37,609 nt of DNA from Deltaproteobacteria bacterium. GTDB taxonomy: Bacteria > JAEEML01. Numbering within the stretch: the first letter of the stretch is position 1; each line of letters begins with the position of its first letter. The position numbers and the translations under genes are program-made. The notes below the pieces were generated by a model. That model was not told where the DNA came from. It was given only the letters and a program-made list of their open reading frames with translations, and ran no database searches. Where the stretch lies: NCBI GenBank assembly GCA_016283195.1, contig JAEEML010000069.1, positions 1 through 37,609 on the forward strand. Direction: 5' to 3'. Below, one piece after another: positions 37,609-37,609 of the stretch.

Positions 37609-37609
37609 A

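Noticed and set aside
34203-37609. Genomic island integrated at tRNA-His
   Set aside because: No integrase or duplicated tRNA 3' end was seen, and ndk lies just downstream.
1-37609. Frequent GGCC/CCGG words as a dispersed repeat or uptake signal
   Set aside because: Largely explainable by GCC/GGC codon preference, and it cannot be tested without a codon-aware k-mer calculation.

Overview
Bacterial chromosomal segment, roughly 45-50% GC by eye. The gene content suggests a Myxococcota/Bradymonadia-like deltaproteobacterium (many Cys-rich lipoproteins, a type IVa minor-pilin/PilY1 operon), possibly from a gut or other anaerobic habitat (FISUMP, AAA/PD-(D/E)XK and Rpn genes); this placement is inference. 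Housekeeping genes: asd, mscL, rpsT, lptF/lptG, rfbC, ndk and a truncated 5'-nucleotidase. The pilX-fimU-pilV-pilW-pilY1 operon has a consensus sigma-54 promoter, and pilY1 has a compositionally distinct N-terminal half. The most striking locus is at 33.0-34.3 kb. There a full-length RtcA-like ORF that appears to have lost its catalytic residues lies head-to-head with a tRNA-His(GUG) that lacks the near-universal G-1:C73 pair and instead has G1:U72/A73, as in the alphaproteobacterial exception. No CRISPR array, rRNA gene, prophage or intact IS was seen. All family assignments come from motif recognition by eye, not from database searches.
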